From assembly GCA_950097015.1 (NCBI GenBank), contig CATNEN010000039.1, positions 11,842,001 through 11,906,000 on the forward strand: a stretch of DNA of 64,000 nt, in the 5' to 3' direction. This DNA comes from Macrostomum hystrix. Lineage: Eukaryota; Animalia; Platyhelminthes. The position numbers and the translations under genes were made by a program. Below the pieces are notes generated by a model that searched no databases, was not told where the DNA came from, and saw only the letters and a list, made by a program, of their open reading frames with translations. This document shows positions 26,255 through 39,489 of the stretch, piece by piece (within the stretch, counting starts at the first letter, position 1; every line of letters begins with the position of its first letter).

Positions 26255-26460
26255 TCATAATCCCCAAAGTGGGAGATTAGAGATTCGATGCATTATCCCC
26301 AAAGTGAGAGATTAGAGATTCGATGCATTATCCCCAAAGTGGGAGATTGTAACTATGATTTATTATCCCCAAAGTGGGAGATTAGAGATACGATTTATTA
26401 TCCCCAAAGGGGGAGATTAGAGATGCGATTTATTATCCCCTAAGTGGGATATTAGAAATA
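26255..26460. repeat. Minisatellite, 35-bp unit
   Basis: TTATCCCCAAAGTGGGAGATTAGAGATTCGATGCA in tandem. Confidence 0.85.
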
Positions 26461-27212
26461 TAATTCATTATTCCGAATAGGTAGATAAGTACCTGATTTT
26501 TATCCCTAAATCAAAGGACATAGGAACAATATTCTTCTTATCCTCTTATCCGTAAAAGTAGGAATATTCTTAACAGATTTTGAACTGCTAAAGTAATGGG
26601 TTGGCAACATAGGCACATTTTACCTAACAAAAAGTAATTAGTGTGCTTTAGTTTTTTGTGAAATCTAATAAATAAAAAACAATATTATTTAGAGGCACAA
26701 CAGCATTGCTTGATGCGGACAAGCGTTAGTTTGTTCTTTATTTCAATTTTACTCTTTTAAATCTAGAACTTAATGGAACACAAGAAGTCGACTGTCGGCC
26801 ATGGACACAAAGCAAAAAACTAATTTAACTAAATGCAATTGGCAGATAACGTACTTTTAAGCAAAAAGGTATATCAACATTCATGTGCATAATTTACTAC
26901 TAGTTAGTAGAAGTAGTAAAATTAATAAAAACGCAGCAAAATGGAAAGGAAATCAGTAGTACGGCATGCAAAAAGACTCGGATAACATACTTATTCTAGA
27001 GGACAGAGATAAACAATGCAGCAGTTGCACCTAGTAAAAGAATGATTTATAAAATGTGTGATAGTTTACTGTAGAAAGAAGAAAGAAAAAACATGAGAAA
27101 CTTATATTCAAGTGCTGGTTTAGACGCGGTTGGTAAAAATTCTTTTGGTAGGACGTAAAAAAGTTTTATTCTTAAAAGCGAAACTAGAAACGGAAAGGAA
27201 CCCAGAACATAA

Positions 27213-27590
27213 AACAACCTCACTCCTCAACACTTAATTTCTAACCCTGCCACGCCAAAGCGAAATAACAACCTCACTCCTCAACACTTAATTTCTAACA
27301 CTGCCACGCCAAGCGAAACAACAACCTCACTCCTCAACACTTAATTTCTAACACTGCCACGCCAAGCGAAACAACAACCTCACTCCTCAACACTTAATTT
27401 CTAACACTGCCACGCCAAGCGAAACAACAACCTCACTCCTCAACACTTAATTTCTAACCTTCCGCGCCAAAGCGAAACAACAACCTCACTCCTCAACACT
27501 TAATTTCTAACCTTCCGCGCCAAAGCGAAACAACAACCTCACTCCTCGACACTTAATTTCTAACCCTCTACGCCAAACCTCACTCCTCGT
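27213..27590. repeat. Minisatellite, 53-bp unit, downstream of the GT92 stop
   Basis: Tandem array. Confidence 0.9.
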
Positions 27591-27668
27591 TTGTAACCTT
27601 CCGACGCAACAGCAAAACAACTTACTTGTCAACACCTTATTTCTAAAATGTAGATTTTAGACAGAAGC

Positions 27669-28026
27669 CTATCGGACGCCAGCGCCGCTAGCATTGTTCA
27701 ACACGTGTACAGTCTCTAATTTTAACTTTTCAAATTCTTTGCGCCAAGAGTGAAGATCGTTATCAGTGATGTATTTAGAGCAGAGGTCGCCGCCGCTGCC
27801 GCTGTCGAAAGCCATTGTGCACCGACTATAGTGATGCAACAGTGCCACATCCGGCTCCTTATTTTCTGGAGTCATCTCCTCAACATTCTGTTTGCTAATG
27901 TGATGAATGCCCATTTCGAAGATCAGGTCGGGTTTGACCATGCATTTGGTGCGAACTCGGCTAATACCGGCCGTGCGCTTAGCGTCGAAATAGCCCTGTT
28001 CCGGCTCAAAAAAGGCGCTGAAAAAT
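27669..28026 (-). CDS. Glycosyltransferase family 92 (DUF23/galt-1-like), last exon
   Basis: FFSAFF...RTKCMVKPDLIFEMGIHH...ALLHHY; phase-2 acceptor. Confidence 0.8.
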
Positions 28027-28716
28027 CTGAATAGATTGGAAAGCCGGATAAGGAAGATTGCTTACTCATAGTAGCGAGACAGGGGTGTGAAGCATGCATT
28101 TTTAAAGGAAATCAGCAGCCGCTGAAGTAGGGATTGCATTACCGGTAAACCGGTTTACCGGTTTACCGGTAATTGACCGCTTTTTCATACCGGTTTTTTA
28201 AAGCAAATATACCGGTATTACCGGTAAACGGTTTTCATAATAAAAACATTTGAGCTCTTAATTCATAAACAAATTAAATGAATAATGGTCAGACAGTCAT
28301 TGAAATTAATGCACATTCGCTTCACTGCAGGGTGTAGAGACTCGAGAGACTTCAGAAGCGGAGAAATAAGTGATAAAATTCAAGGGCTCAAATTGCCTGG
28401 TATAGCCATATTAGCCAAGGAAGGAACCAAGGGATGAGCAATATACTGAATACATGTACATATGTATGTACATTCCCATGCCTGTGTGGCCTACTCCTGG
28501 CCTGGCCCAGGCCCCGCCCTCCCTATCCTTATTCCTTAATCCTTAAGCCTTACCCTTCTGTTACTAATATATGTGGCCATGCACATGCATGCAGTCAGTT
28601 CACTCCTCTTGTCTGGCTCTGGCTCAGTGTCAGTGTGACTCTGTTCAGTTGGCTTGGCTCTGCCTCTGCCTAGATAACTTCAATTATAATTTTTAACAGT
28701 ACAGAACACGCATTCA

Positions 28717-29023
28717 ATGAAAACGTACAAGCCGTTTCGAAGCGACAACGAAATATGGAGCTATTTTTTGCGAGAATGGGAAAACGAACGCTACGGTCTT
28801 TCAGCACAGTGTACGGCCTGTAAGGCAGTCATAAAGTGCGAAGGTGGATCTACCAGTGGATTGCGGAGCCACCTTAAGCGAATTCACAAGAAAGAAGCCA
28901 ATTCCACTTCCACGGTTCCGAAATCAATCGCGGAAGTTAACGAGCCCCCTACAAAAATGGCTAGACTCCAGACTGTCATTGACGTGGTTGGGTCTTCTTA
29001 TGCTTCACCATCGGCATCAAAAA
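28717..29023 (+). CDS. hAT transposase exon 1, BED zinc finger
   Basis: IWSYF...CTAC...GSTSGLRSHLKRIH; donor A|gtaagt. Confidence 0.85.
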
Positions 29024-29231
29024 GTAAGTACTTCTCTTTTTTACATTCTATAATCAATACTGGGCGATTAATGAACTAAATTTAGGGAGGAAAATAATTG
29101 ATAAATAGTTACATCATACATGTTAAATTAGCATCAGCATCAGCATCAGTATCAGTATATCAGTATGTACCTCTACTACCCACCACTAGTACCACTACTC
29201 ACTGTGATATTTTAAATCTTATTATTGGCAG

Positions 29232-31021
29232 ATACGATTACTGGCTATTTTGCTAACAAGAACGACACTTCCATGTCTGCGATGTTGGCCCGCATGACTG
29301 CAGGACATGGATTGCCGTTTCTGGCATTCGCAGCCTCGCAAGATTTGCGCCGAGCATTTGCTGCACTCGGCCATGATCTGCCAAAGTCACCCAACGCTAT
29401 TAAGTCACTTGTATTGAAATACGGCCGTGAGAAGAAGAACGATGTAGCTAAAGAGCTACTACAGCGAAAGCAAAACGGGTCTCGCTTTAGCCTCACATTT
29501 GATGAATGGACGTCGGTCCGAAATGTGCGGTATTTGAATATCGACATCCGTGACGGTGAAAAGCTGTGGAATCTAGGACTGTCAAGGGTAAGCGGCACCT
29601 TTAATGCAGAAAATTGTGTAAAAGCGGTGTCCACTAAGCTGACTGAGTTTGAACTCAATTTGACCCAAGACATAGTCTGCATCACGACAGACGGTGCCGC
29701 TATGATGCGGAAGGTTGGACAGCTCATTCTTCCAATCTCACAGCAGCTGTGCTACAGCCATGGACTGCAACTGGCTGTACTGGACGTTTTGTACGAGAAA
29801 GTAACTCCAGTGCAGAGAGCCGCTATTGGACCGAGTTCAGGATCCGACGGCGAGGACCACCATCCAATTGTGAATGTTGAGGACGATTCCGACGAAGATT
29901 CTGACAGTGATCTCAACGAAGGTCTTGTAATTGATCATCATGACGGACAAGAAACGGACGTCGTGGAGTCGATGCTGTCTACAGCTGCTTGTTTGACTGT
30001 GACACCGCTGAGCTCAATTGCTGAAACAATAAGAAAAGTCAGATCCGTGATTCGGGTTTTTCGGAAGTCTCCTAAGAGCTCAGAGATACTGGAAAACCAC
30101 ATTGCACAACAGATCCCCCAAGTGTCCTGCAGGCGACTCATTTTGGATTGCAAGACCAGATGGAACAGCTTGGTGGACATGCTGGATCGCATCCTTCTAG
30201 TTAGCGCGAGTGTTGAGAAAGCGCAGATTGACGTCAACATTAGGTCATGCGACAGGCTAAGTGAGAGCGACTTCCAAGTGGTAGCTTCTGTTGTACGCGC
30301 ACTAAAACCTGTGAAAGCTGCCGTACTTTCCCTGTCTCGGAGGGACTCAAATCTGATCGAGGCCGAAGCAGTCGTGAAATTTTTAATAACCGAGCTAGAG
30401 ATGGATAGCAACAAGCACAAGTCTGAACTAAGCAAACATCTGAAACTGGCAATCGAGCAGCGAATTGTACAAGAACGCTATACTAACGATTCTGTGGTAC
30501 TTCAGTACTTGCACAGTCCACAGAGACGGCTGGCAAAAAAGCAATCAATCAAGACCTACTGCTGCTCTCTGCTTACAAGACTAAACCTGGTCGTTGAAAA
30601 TGAAATAGACCATGAAGCGCTAGCTGCAGCGACGACTGAACTGCGGTCTGATGTCCCATCGGCATCGCCAAATGGTGCTGTTGACATTGACAGTGTCAGT
30701 GACACAGATGTGCTACTTAGACTTCAGAAGGCAGTCAAAGACTCAATGAAGCTGCCTGAATCTGAAATTCAAAGTATGCATCAGAAGGACCTGTCGTCTG
30801 TGCTCCTCAACGAACTCTCTGCGGCCGAACACAGTGGCAAGCGAGGCTTCTACATGAGCAAGGTTTACCAACTGCTATTGACCATACCACCTACATCTGT
30901 GGAGTCGGAGCGTGCATTTTCTACTGCCGGCAATCTGTGCACAAGGCTGCGTTCACGACTTTCGGACAGCACTCTTGACTGCCTTAACTTTCTGCGCTGT
31001 AACATGAACATTTCAAAGTAA
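29232..31021 (+). CDS. hAT transposase exon 2, DDE catalytic and dimerisation domains
   Basis: TFDEWTS, TTDGA, CYSH, TRWNS and PTSVESERAFS motifs; phase-1 acceptor in frame with exon 1. Confidence 0.93.
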
Positions 31022-31559
31022 TTTGCGAATTCAGTTCAAAACTATTGCGCAATTTTAATCCACTCCCAGTCTACCACATTGTCCACTATAATAAAATTGT
31101 ACAAGTATCTGTCTCAAAGGCTCAAATCTCAATTATATATAGTACAGTGGCGGTCGCGGATCAATGAATGGGTTCGACTCCGAGTTAGTTTTAATGGCAA
31201 TGATCTTTACGTGAAATATTACAATTTACAGCGATAGGAATACGGTCTAAAGAAAATATGGTACACTTTTTATAAGGCTACAAAAATTGAAATTCGAGCA
31301 ATGAATAGTGCAAATATACATGCCTACGATTCTCACTTATCATCCCAACCATAATTTTTTAATGTTTTCTAAGAAGGGAGCAACAAAGACGTTTTTAGTG
31401 AATTAAAGTATAGCAATACTGCATGTTTACCGGTAATTACCGGTAATTACCGGTAAATAAAAAAGATATTATCGAATTACCGGTAATGAGATAAGGACCG
31501 GTAATTGCAAACCCTACGCTGAAGATAGGATCATGGAGTTTGCTACCCGCTGAGTTTTC

Positions 31560-31740
31560 CACGGCTCGTCCAGTTCCTCCGGGCAACAAGACAACGCTGC
31601 AGGACGGACCGGCGGACCGCCCTGACCGGCCCCGCGCCCTTGCCTGTCTGCGGGCCTTCAGGGGTTAGCGGTATGGGCGATCCTCGCCTCCCCGCTGCGT
31701 CCATGGACCACCCTGCAGCTAAGTCAAGTAAGTCAAGTAC
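31560..31740 (+). mobile_element. Possible 5'-truncated non-LTR retrotransposon 3' end
   Basis: GC-rich block ending in a short tandem tail TAAGTCAAGTAAGTCAAGTA. Confidence 0.3.
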
Positions 31741-31749
31741 CCGTTGAGT

Positions 31750-32090
31750 ATGGGTTCAGGGATTTAGCTACCAACTGAACATGGGATCAGGGATTTAGCT
31801 ACCAGCTGAACATGGGATCATGGATTTAGCTACCAGCTGAACATGGGATCATGGATTTAGCTACCAGCTGAACATGGGATCATGGATTTAGCTACCAGCT
31901 GAACATGGGATCAGGGATTTAGCTACCAGCTGAACATGGGATCAGGGATTTAGCTACCAGTTGAACATGGGATCAGGGATTTAGCTACCAGTTGAACATG
32001 GGATCAGGGATTTAGCTACCAGTTGAACATGGGATCAGGGATTTAGCTACCAGTTGAACATGGGATCATGGATTTATCTACCAACTGAAT
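31750..32090. repeat. Minisatellite, 31-bp unit, intronic
   Basis: GATTTAGCTACCAGCTGAACATGGGATCAGG in tandem. Confidence 0.9.
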
Positions 32091-32134
32091 TTTTAATTCC
32101 CGCAGTTTATGTGATGCCCTGTAAATAGACAAAC

Positions 32135-32718
32135 CTGAAGCCGCAATGACTGCCATCGTCAATGTCCATGGCCAGCTCCGCCCAGGATTTGTACTTGGCG
32201 GGATTTGGCACCAGTAATTCGTCAAAGTCTTGAAATACGGCATAGCGACTAAGGCCCATATTCCAATACAGGCAGTGGTGCACAGCCAACACCTGGCCAT
32301 GATAATGAATCTGAGATCTGAATGCGTTGACCGGTTGCCAACGAAATATGGTTGCTAGGCCGCGTTTAGCGTAGGACTGCATCAGTTGAAGCAGCCGGCT
32401 GTTCTCGGCAGACTTGGTTGAATAAATTTCATCAGTCAGGTAGAATACGAAATGCTGGGCTCCCAAGGCTCTGGTCATTTCTACGAAATCTAGCAGACGG
32501 CGATCCGACGGCGAGCCGAATAAAGGCGGCACGCACACCGTGAACTGGCGAGGCGTCAGTGCCGCCTTGGAGAATGACACGGACGCGACCGCGGCGGCAT
32601 CCAATTCACGGGGCACAGTCAGCACTTGTAGTTCAACGCTGTGAACTGGACGACCGTCAAGATCTTTCTCAGGCTCGGGACCGTTAGTGATGACGACGCT
32701 GCAGACTGGATCAGATAT
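32135..32718 (-). CDS. GT92 glycosyltransferase exon 3 (catalytic)
   Basis: FTVCVPPLFG, FVEMTRALGAQHFVFY, HYHGQVLAVHHCLY, FQDFDE (DxD-like). Confidence 0.88.
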
Positions 32719-32849
32719 CTGTGCGTGATGGACAGAGAGGCTGTTGTTTAACACGAAGCTTTGCATCTTGGTTCGGCTAACAATCATTGGTTATGAGTCA
32801 ATTTTAGGTCATAATTTAGTTCAATTATATTTTATTAGCAGTTGAAGCA

Positions 32850-33380
32850 ATTGAAGGTCATTGGCTGGGATCAATTGTAGGTCATTCGTAAGTATCATTT
32901 GAAGATCATTGGTTAGGATTAGTTTAAGTTTATTTTTTGGATTTGTCGAATTTCATTGGTTAGCATCAGTTGTATGTAGGGCACTGGTTAGGATCAGCTA
33001 AGCATAATTGCTTAGGATCAGCTGAATGTCATTGGTTTGGTTCAGCTAAGGGTAATTTGTTAGGATCAGCTGAAGGTCATTTTTGGGATCAGCTAAAGGT
33101 CATTTGTTAGGATCAGCTAAAGGTCATTTGTTAGAATCAGCTAAAGGTCATTTTTTATGATCAGCTGAAGGTCATTTGATAGGATCAGCTAAAGGTCATT
33201 TGTTAGGATCAGCTGAAAGTCATTGGATAGGATCAGCTGAAGGTCATTTGTTAGGATCACTTGAAGGTCATTGGTTAGGATCAGCTGAAGGTCATTTGTT
33301 AGGATCAGCTAAAGGTCATTTGTTAGGATCAGCTGAAAGTCATTGGATAGGATCATTTGAATGTCATAGGTTAGGATAAA
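32850..33380. repeat. Minisatellite, 24-bp unit (TAGGATCAGCTAAAGGTCATTTGT), intronic
   Basis: Degenerate tandem array. Confidence 0.85.
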
Positions 33381-33505
33381 CAATTTCAAAAACTAAGTTG
33401 GACTTCAAGTATGCGGATGAGATCAAGTGTTGTTTAGAAATACTGCAATGAAATTTTCAAATTAGTAAATAGTAAAAAATTTAATATATGACTCGTTAAT
33501 TTCAC

Positions 33506-33863
33506 CTGAAGATGCGGCGGCAGAGAACACGAGAACACGTAAGCCCCATAAGGCATAGCGTGATTCTCATTCATTTCGTAGGGCGTGCCCGGCACCGTAA
33601 AGTACAAACCCGGCGCCAGCGGCACATGACAATGCAAATTAAGGTCGGCTCGCGCGGCTCTGGGTACAACGCCAAGAACCCTGATATAATGCGACAGTTC
33701 CTTACGGGCATCGTAATAGGCGCTCATTAGATGCAGGGCGGGCTGGTCTTGCTGCCTCGGAGCCTGCGAGCGAAGCAGCTTGTAAGAGGTGACAACATCA
33801 ACGGCGGAGTTTAAGCTGAGATTGGCGCAACGCTGTTGAAGCCATTCGCGAACTCGAATGTGT
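33506..33863 (-). CDS. GT92 glycosyltransferase exon 2
   Basis: LMSAYYDAR...IRVLG...YEMNENHAMPYGAYVFSC; splice phases consistent. Confidence 0.85.
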
Positions 33864-33879
33864 CTGCGGGAAACCGTTT

Positions 33880-36800
33880 CATGGGATAAGTCTCTGGTAA
33901 AGATGGGATAAGGAATTAGCTCTCACAAGATATGGGATAAGGAAGTAGCTGTCACAGGATATGGGATAAGGAAGTAGCTGTCACACGATATTGGATAAGG
34001 AAGTAGCTGTCACAGGATATGGGATAAGGAAGTAGCTGTCACAGGATATGGGATAAGGAAGTAGCTGTCACAGGATATGGGATAAGGAAGTAGCTGTCAC
34101 ACGATATGGGATAAGGAAGTAGCTGTCACACGATATGGGATAAGGAAGTAGCTGTCACACGATATGGGATAAGGAAGTAGCTGTCACAGGATATGGGATA
34201 AGGAAGTAGCTGTCACACGATATGGGATAAGGAAGTAGCTGTCACAGGATATGGGATAAGGAAGTAGCTGTCACACGATATGGGATAACGAAGTAGCTGT
34301 CACAGGATATGGGATAAGGAAGTAGCTGTCACAGGATATGGGATAAGGAAGTAGCTGTCACACGATATGGGATAACGAAGTAGCTGTCACAGGATATGGG
34401 ATAAGGAAGTAGCTGTCACACGATATGGGATAAGGAAGTAGCTGTCACACGATATGGGATAAGGAAGTAGCTGTCACAGGATATGGGATAAGGAAGTAGC
34501 TGTCACACGATATGGGATAAGGAAGTAGCTGTCACACGATATGGGATAAGGAAGTAGCTGTCACACGATATGGGATAAGGAAGTAGCTGTCACAGGATAT
34601 GGGATAAGGAAGTAGCTGTCACACGATATGGGATAAGGAAGTAGCTGTCACACGATATGGGATAAGGAAGTAGCTGTCACAGGATATGGGATAAGGAAGT
34701 AGCTGTCACACGATATGGGATAAGGAAGTAGCTGTCACACGATATGGGATAAGGAAGTAGCTGTCACAGGATATGGGATAAGGAAGTAGCTGTCACACGA
34801 TATGGGATAAGGAAGTAGCTGTCACACGATATGGGATAAGGAAGTAGCTGTCACAGGATATGGGATAAGGAAGTAGCTGTCACAGGATATGGGATAAGGA
34901 AGTAGCTGTCACACGATATGGGATAAGGAAGTAGCTGTCACAGGATATGGGATAAGGAAGTAGCTGTCACAGGATATGGGATAAGGAAGTAGCTGTCACA
35001 GGATATGGGATAAGGAAGTAGCTGTCACAGGATATGGGATAAGGAAGTAGCTGTCACAGGATATGGGATAAGGAAGTAGCTGTCACAGGATATGGGATAA
35101 GGAAGTAGCTGTCACACGATATGGGATAAGGAAGTAGCTGTCACAGGATATGGGATAAGGAAGTAGCTGTCACAGGATATGGGATAAGGAAGTAGCTGTC
35201 ACACGATATGGGATAAGGAAGTAGCTGTCACAGGATATGGGATAAGGAAGTAGCTGTCACAGGATATGGGATAAGGAAGTAGCTGTCACACGATATGGGA
35301 TAAGGAAGTAGCTGTCACACGATATGGGATAAGGAAGTAGCTGTCACAGGATATGGGATAAGGAAGTAGCTGTCACAGGATATGGGATAAGGAAGTAGCT
35401 GTCACACGATATGGGATAAGGAAGTAGCTGTCACAGGATATGGGATAAGGAAGTAGCTGTCACAGGATATGGGATAAGGAAGTAGCTGTCACACGATATG
35501 GGATAAGGAAGTAGCTGTCACACGATATGGGATAAGGAAGTAGCTGTCACAGGATATGGGATAAGGAAGTAGCTGTCACACGATATGGGATAAGGAAGTA
35601 GCTGTCACACGATATGGGATAAGGAAGTAGCTGTCACAGGATATGGGATAAGGAAGTAGCTGTCACACGATATGGGATAAGGAAGTAGCTGTCACACGAT
35701 ATGGGATAAGGAAGTAGCTGTCACAGGATATGGGATAAGGAAGTAGCTGTCACACGATATGGGATAAGGAAGTAGCTGTCACACGATATGGGATAAGGAA
35801 GTAGCTGTCACAGGATATGGGATAAGGAAGTAGCTGTCACAGGATATGGGATAAGGAAGTAGCTGTCACACGATATGGGATAAGGAAGTAGCTGTCACAG
35901 GATATGGGATAAGGAAGTAGCTGTCACAGGATATGGGATAAGGAAGTAGCTGTCACAGGATATGGGATAAGGAAGTAGCTGTCACAGGATATGGGATAAG
36001 GAAGTAGCTGTCACAGGATATGGGATAAGGAAGTAGCTGTCACAGGATATGGGATAAGGAAGTAGCTGTCACAGGATATGGGATAAGGAAGTAGCTGTCA
36101 CAGGATATGGGATAAGGAAGTAGCTGGCACACGATATGGGATAAGGAAGTAGCTGTCACACGATATGGGATAAGGAAGTAGCTGTCACACGATATGGGAT
36201 AAGGAAGTAGCTGTCACAGGATATGGGATAAGGAAGTAGCTGTCACACGATATGGGATAAGGAAGTAGCTGTCACACGATATGGGATAAGGAAGTAGCTG
36301 TCACAGGATATGGGATAAGGAAGTAGCTGTCACACGATATGGGATAAGGAAGTAGCTGTCACACGATATGGGATAAGGAAGTAGCTGTCACAGGATATGG
36401 GATAAGGAAGTAGCTGTCACAGGATATGGGATAAGGAAGTAGCTGTCACACGATATGGGATAAGGAAGTAGCTGTCACACGATATGGGATAAGGAAGTAG
36501 CTGTCACAGGATATGGGATAAGGAAGTAGCTGTCACACGATATGGGATAAGGAAGTAGCTGTCACACGATATGGGATAAGGAAGTAGAGCTGTCACAGGT
36601 TATGGGATCAGGGGAAGTAGAGCTGTCACAGGATATGGGATCAGGGGAAGCAGAGCTGCCACTGGATATGAGATCAGGGGAAGCAGAGCTGCCACTGGAT
36701 ATGGGATCAGGGGAAGCAGAGCTGCCACTGGATATGGGATCAGGGGAAGCAGAGCTGCCACTGGATATGGGATCAGGGGAAGCAGAGCTGCAACTGGATA

Positions 36801-37140
36801 TGGGATAAGGGGAAGTAGAGCTGCCACTGGATATGGGATCAGGGGAAGCAGAGCTGCAACTGGATATGAGATAAGGGGAAGTAGATCTGCCACAGGATAT
36901 GGGATCAGGGGAAGTAGAGCTGAAACTGGATATGAGATAAGGGGAAGTAGATCTGCCACAGGATATGGGATCAGGGGAAGTAGAGCTGCAACTGGATATG
37001 AGATAAGGGGAAGTAGAGCTGTCACTAGATATAAGATAAGGGGAAGTAATATTGTCATAGGAAATAGGAAAAGGGGAAGTAATATTGTCATAGGAAATAG
37101 GATAAGGGGAGGTAGAGCTGTCAGAGGGTATGGGATTAGG
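33880..37140. repeat. Compound minisatellite: 29-bp unit (GGATATGGGATAAGGAAGTAGCTGTCACA) to ~36590, then a related 33-bp unit
   Basis: Tandem array filling GT92 intron 1. Confidence 0.95.
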
Positions 37141-37222
37141 AAAATAATAGTTAAGAATAAAGGGTTTTGCTGAAGAAAGAAAAATCAAATATCATTAAAC
37201 TTTAATCTGGTGAACCACTAAC

Positions 37223-37386
37223 CTGTGCCTGGGCTTATGCTGATGCCCATTACCATCAGACAGATCAGTATTGTCCCGAATCAGGCCATCAAAGTTTGGC
37301 AGATACATCAGGCATAAGAATGCCAGTGAGAAATACAAGACAGCCACTGCAATTAAGCCTCTTTTCCAAGTCATGCAGGGAGCCAT
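37223..37386 (-). CDS. GT92 glycosyltransferase exon 1 (type II membrane anchor)
   Basis: MAPCMTWKRGLIAVAVLYFSLAFLCLMYL; AG|gttagt is phase 2, matching the next exon. Confidence 0.78.
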
Positions 37387-38793
37387 TAAACTGAAATTTA
37401 TTGAAACATTTTGTAGCTAAAGTTGCAAACGCTTTAAGTAGTTAATTAAGTAAAACATTTGGTACATAATCGCATTGTAGCTTGTTTAGCTAGCAACAAA
37501 ATATATTGAGGTTAACTAGTTAACTTTGCTGCTGTAAACTTGATAAAGACTGAATGTAATAAACCGAAAATCCGCGACTTTTTGTAAATATTTTCTTTGA
37601 ATACATGTAAATTGTGTACATTTGGGAACATTTTAGTATAAATACAGGAGCAGAATCAAGGGAAAACCTCAACCTTGTTCAACATAGTTTGATATAAAGT
37701 TCATATATAATACTCAGAAGTGATCTTTCATTCTTTATAAACCATATGGAGACGAATAATTAGAAGAATTTCAAGAGTGATAAATAGAAAGTATTAACTG
37801 TACACTTGAGACCATTGGTAACGCTCTTTGGAAAGCCTATACTCAGAAATACCTACATATGATAAAGTAATCGGCCAGAATAACTAATACACTATCTAGA
37901 CTAACTATATACAGTCAATACAGACTAAATATGCTACCAAGAAATTCTTTAAAATATATAAAATACATTCTCAGTGATTAATTCTAAGAAAATATTGAAA
38001 TTACTTAGACATTATATTATAATATCCCCGTAAACAACTTTAAGAATATTAAAATTAAGAAATACAACAACTTTTATGGCATTGTAAAAGTAAAGTTAGA
38101 ATAGTAATTAACCCAACAACAACATTGGTGTTATTCAGTGGGATCTTAATTACTAGAAAATAACCCTATGACAAACTTTATCAGTATATTTAATATTAAA
38201 GGTATAAATATAATTTTTTGAGGTTGAGTCCTAAATGACTTGCTCAAAAATAAAGTCTAAGTGAAACTTTGTAACATTAGGATAAAATTAACACCATTTT
38301 GTTGGTATTTGTCTAACTATTTATCTAAAGACCTAGAAAAAATAACAACAAATGTTGGAAAAAGCTAATTCAAGCATACCAAGAAGCAAATAGCAAACCA
38401 CAAAGTTTAAATAAAAACCTGCTCTAAAATTCATTAAAAATTTGAAAAAAATCACTTTATTCACTCTTTTTCAAGCATTTGTTCTTGTGTATAAGGTATA
38501 CAGTATACTTTAAGCTCTATAGGCCAAATCAGTTAAGATATCTCTTAATTGAGAAAAAAATATTTTTGTGATGTAATCAACTGTGCTTCTTACTGACCAG
38601 TGAAACAAAAAAGTAATTTTTAGTGCCACTAAATAGTGCAATTGGAAAACATTTAGCATCTGCAAAATAGCTGGCACTTTTCCGATCTAAATTTAGCACA
38701 ATTAGCACTGCTAATTTTGTAATATGCAAATTTTTTTGTGTACATAATCTGTGACTAACATTAATTATGGGTAGGTTTTTGCAGGGCTATTAC

Positions 38794-39489
38794 TAGGGTA
38801 ATATTACTACTATTACTATTATTATTACTACTATTATTACTACTATTACTATGTATCATCAACCAAACAAGAATGTGTATTTTTTTAACTTCAAACCTAA
38901 GCTACAGATTTTCTATTTAAGATATGATGATAAATCAAAAGCCAAGTTATAGAAAACAGTTACATCTTTCTAAAAAGTATCTGCTTTTGCTATTTTATCA
39001 AATAGAAAAAAGTTATCCCTGCTTTTTATCTAAAACCGAACAATGATTTTCATGTATATTCAAACCAAACAGAGAATTTGATGTTTGGTTTTACAATTTG
39101 AGTGAGTGGTTTAATCTTATTTTAAGGAGTGAACTATCATGAATAATGTAATTTGAAAGCATTTTTCATGCTTTATAAATAACTACAATTATGGTTATTT
39201 AATTGGCAAGCAACCACATACAATCTTCATCTAAAGTACATACTGAAAAGATGTTGTTAAAAAGTATGCTTTTGCAATAAAAATTTCTACTGAAACGCCA
39301 ATATCTTTCTTTCCACTTAATGCTTCATTGCATGTCATGCCTCAGCTTGTAGATAATTTCTTCAACTTTCAAATTAGTTGTTCTGTGAAACACAATAGCT
39401 TGTTTCTGTCTTGCACAAGACCAAGGAAGGAGTCAAAATTCTTGTTCAGTTTTGAAGATACACTGTTTGGTTGATGATACATTACCCTA
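38794..39489. mobile_element. Non-autonomous TIR element (MITE-like); left TIR interrupted by a microsatellite
   Basis: TAGGGTAAT[(ACT/ATT)n]GTATCATCAACCAAACA ... TGTTTGGTTGATGATACATTACCCTA; TSD ambiguous. Confidence 0.7.

Larger units (their letters stand above)
28128..31516 (+). mobile_element. Full-length autonomous hAT DNA transposon
   Basis: TIRs TAGGGATTGCATTACCGGT / ACCGGTAATTGCAAACCCTA; perfect 8-bp TSD CGCTGAAG (28120-28127, 31517-31524); subterminal ACCGGT repeats; transposase inside. Confidence 0.95.

Noticed and set aside
29245-30452. Antisense ORFs over the transposase (and similar ones over other exons)
   Set aside because: Shadow ORFs of GC-rich coding sequence with no independent motifs.
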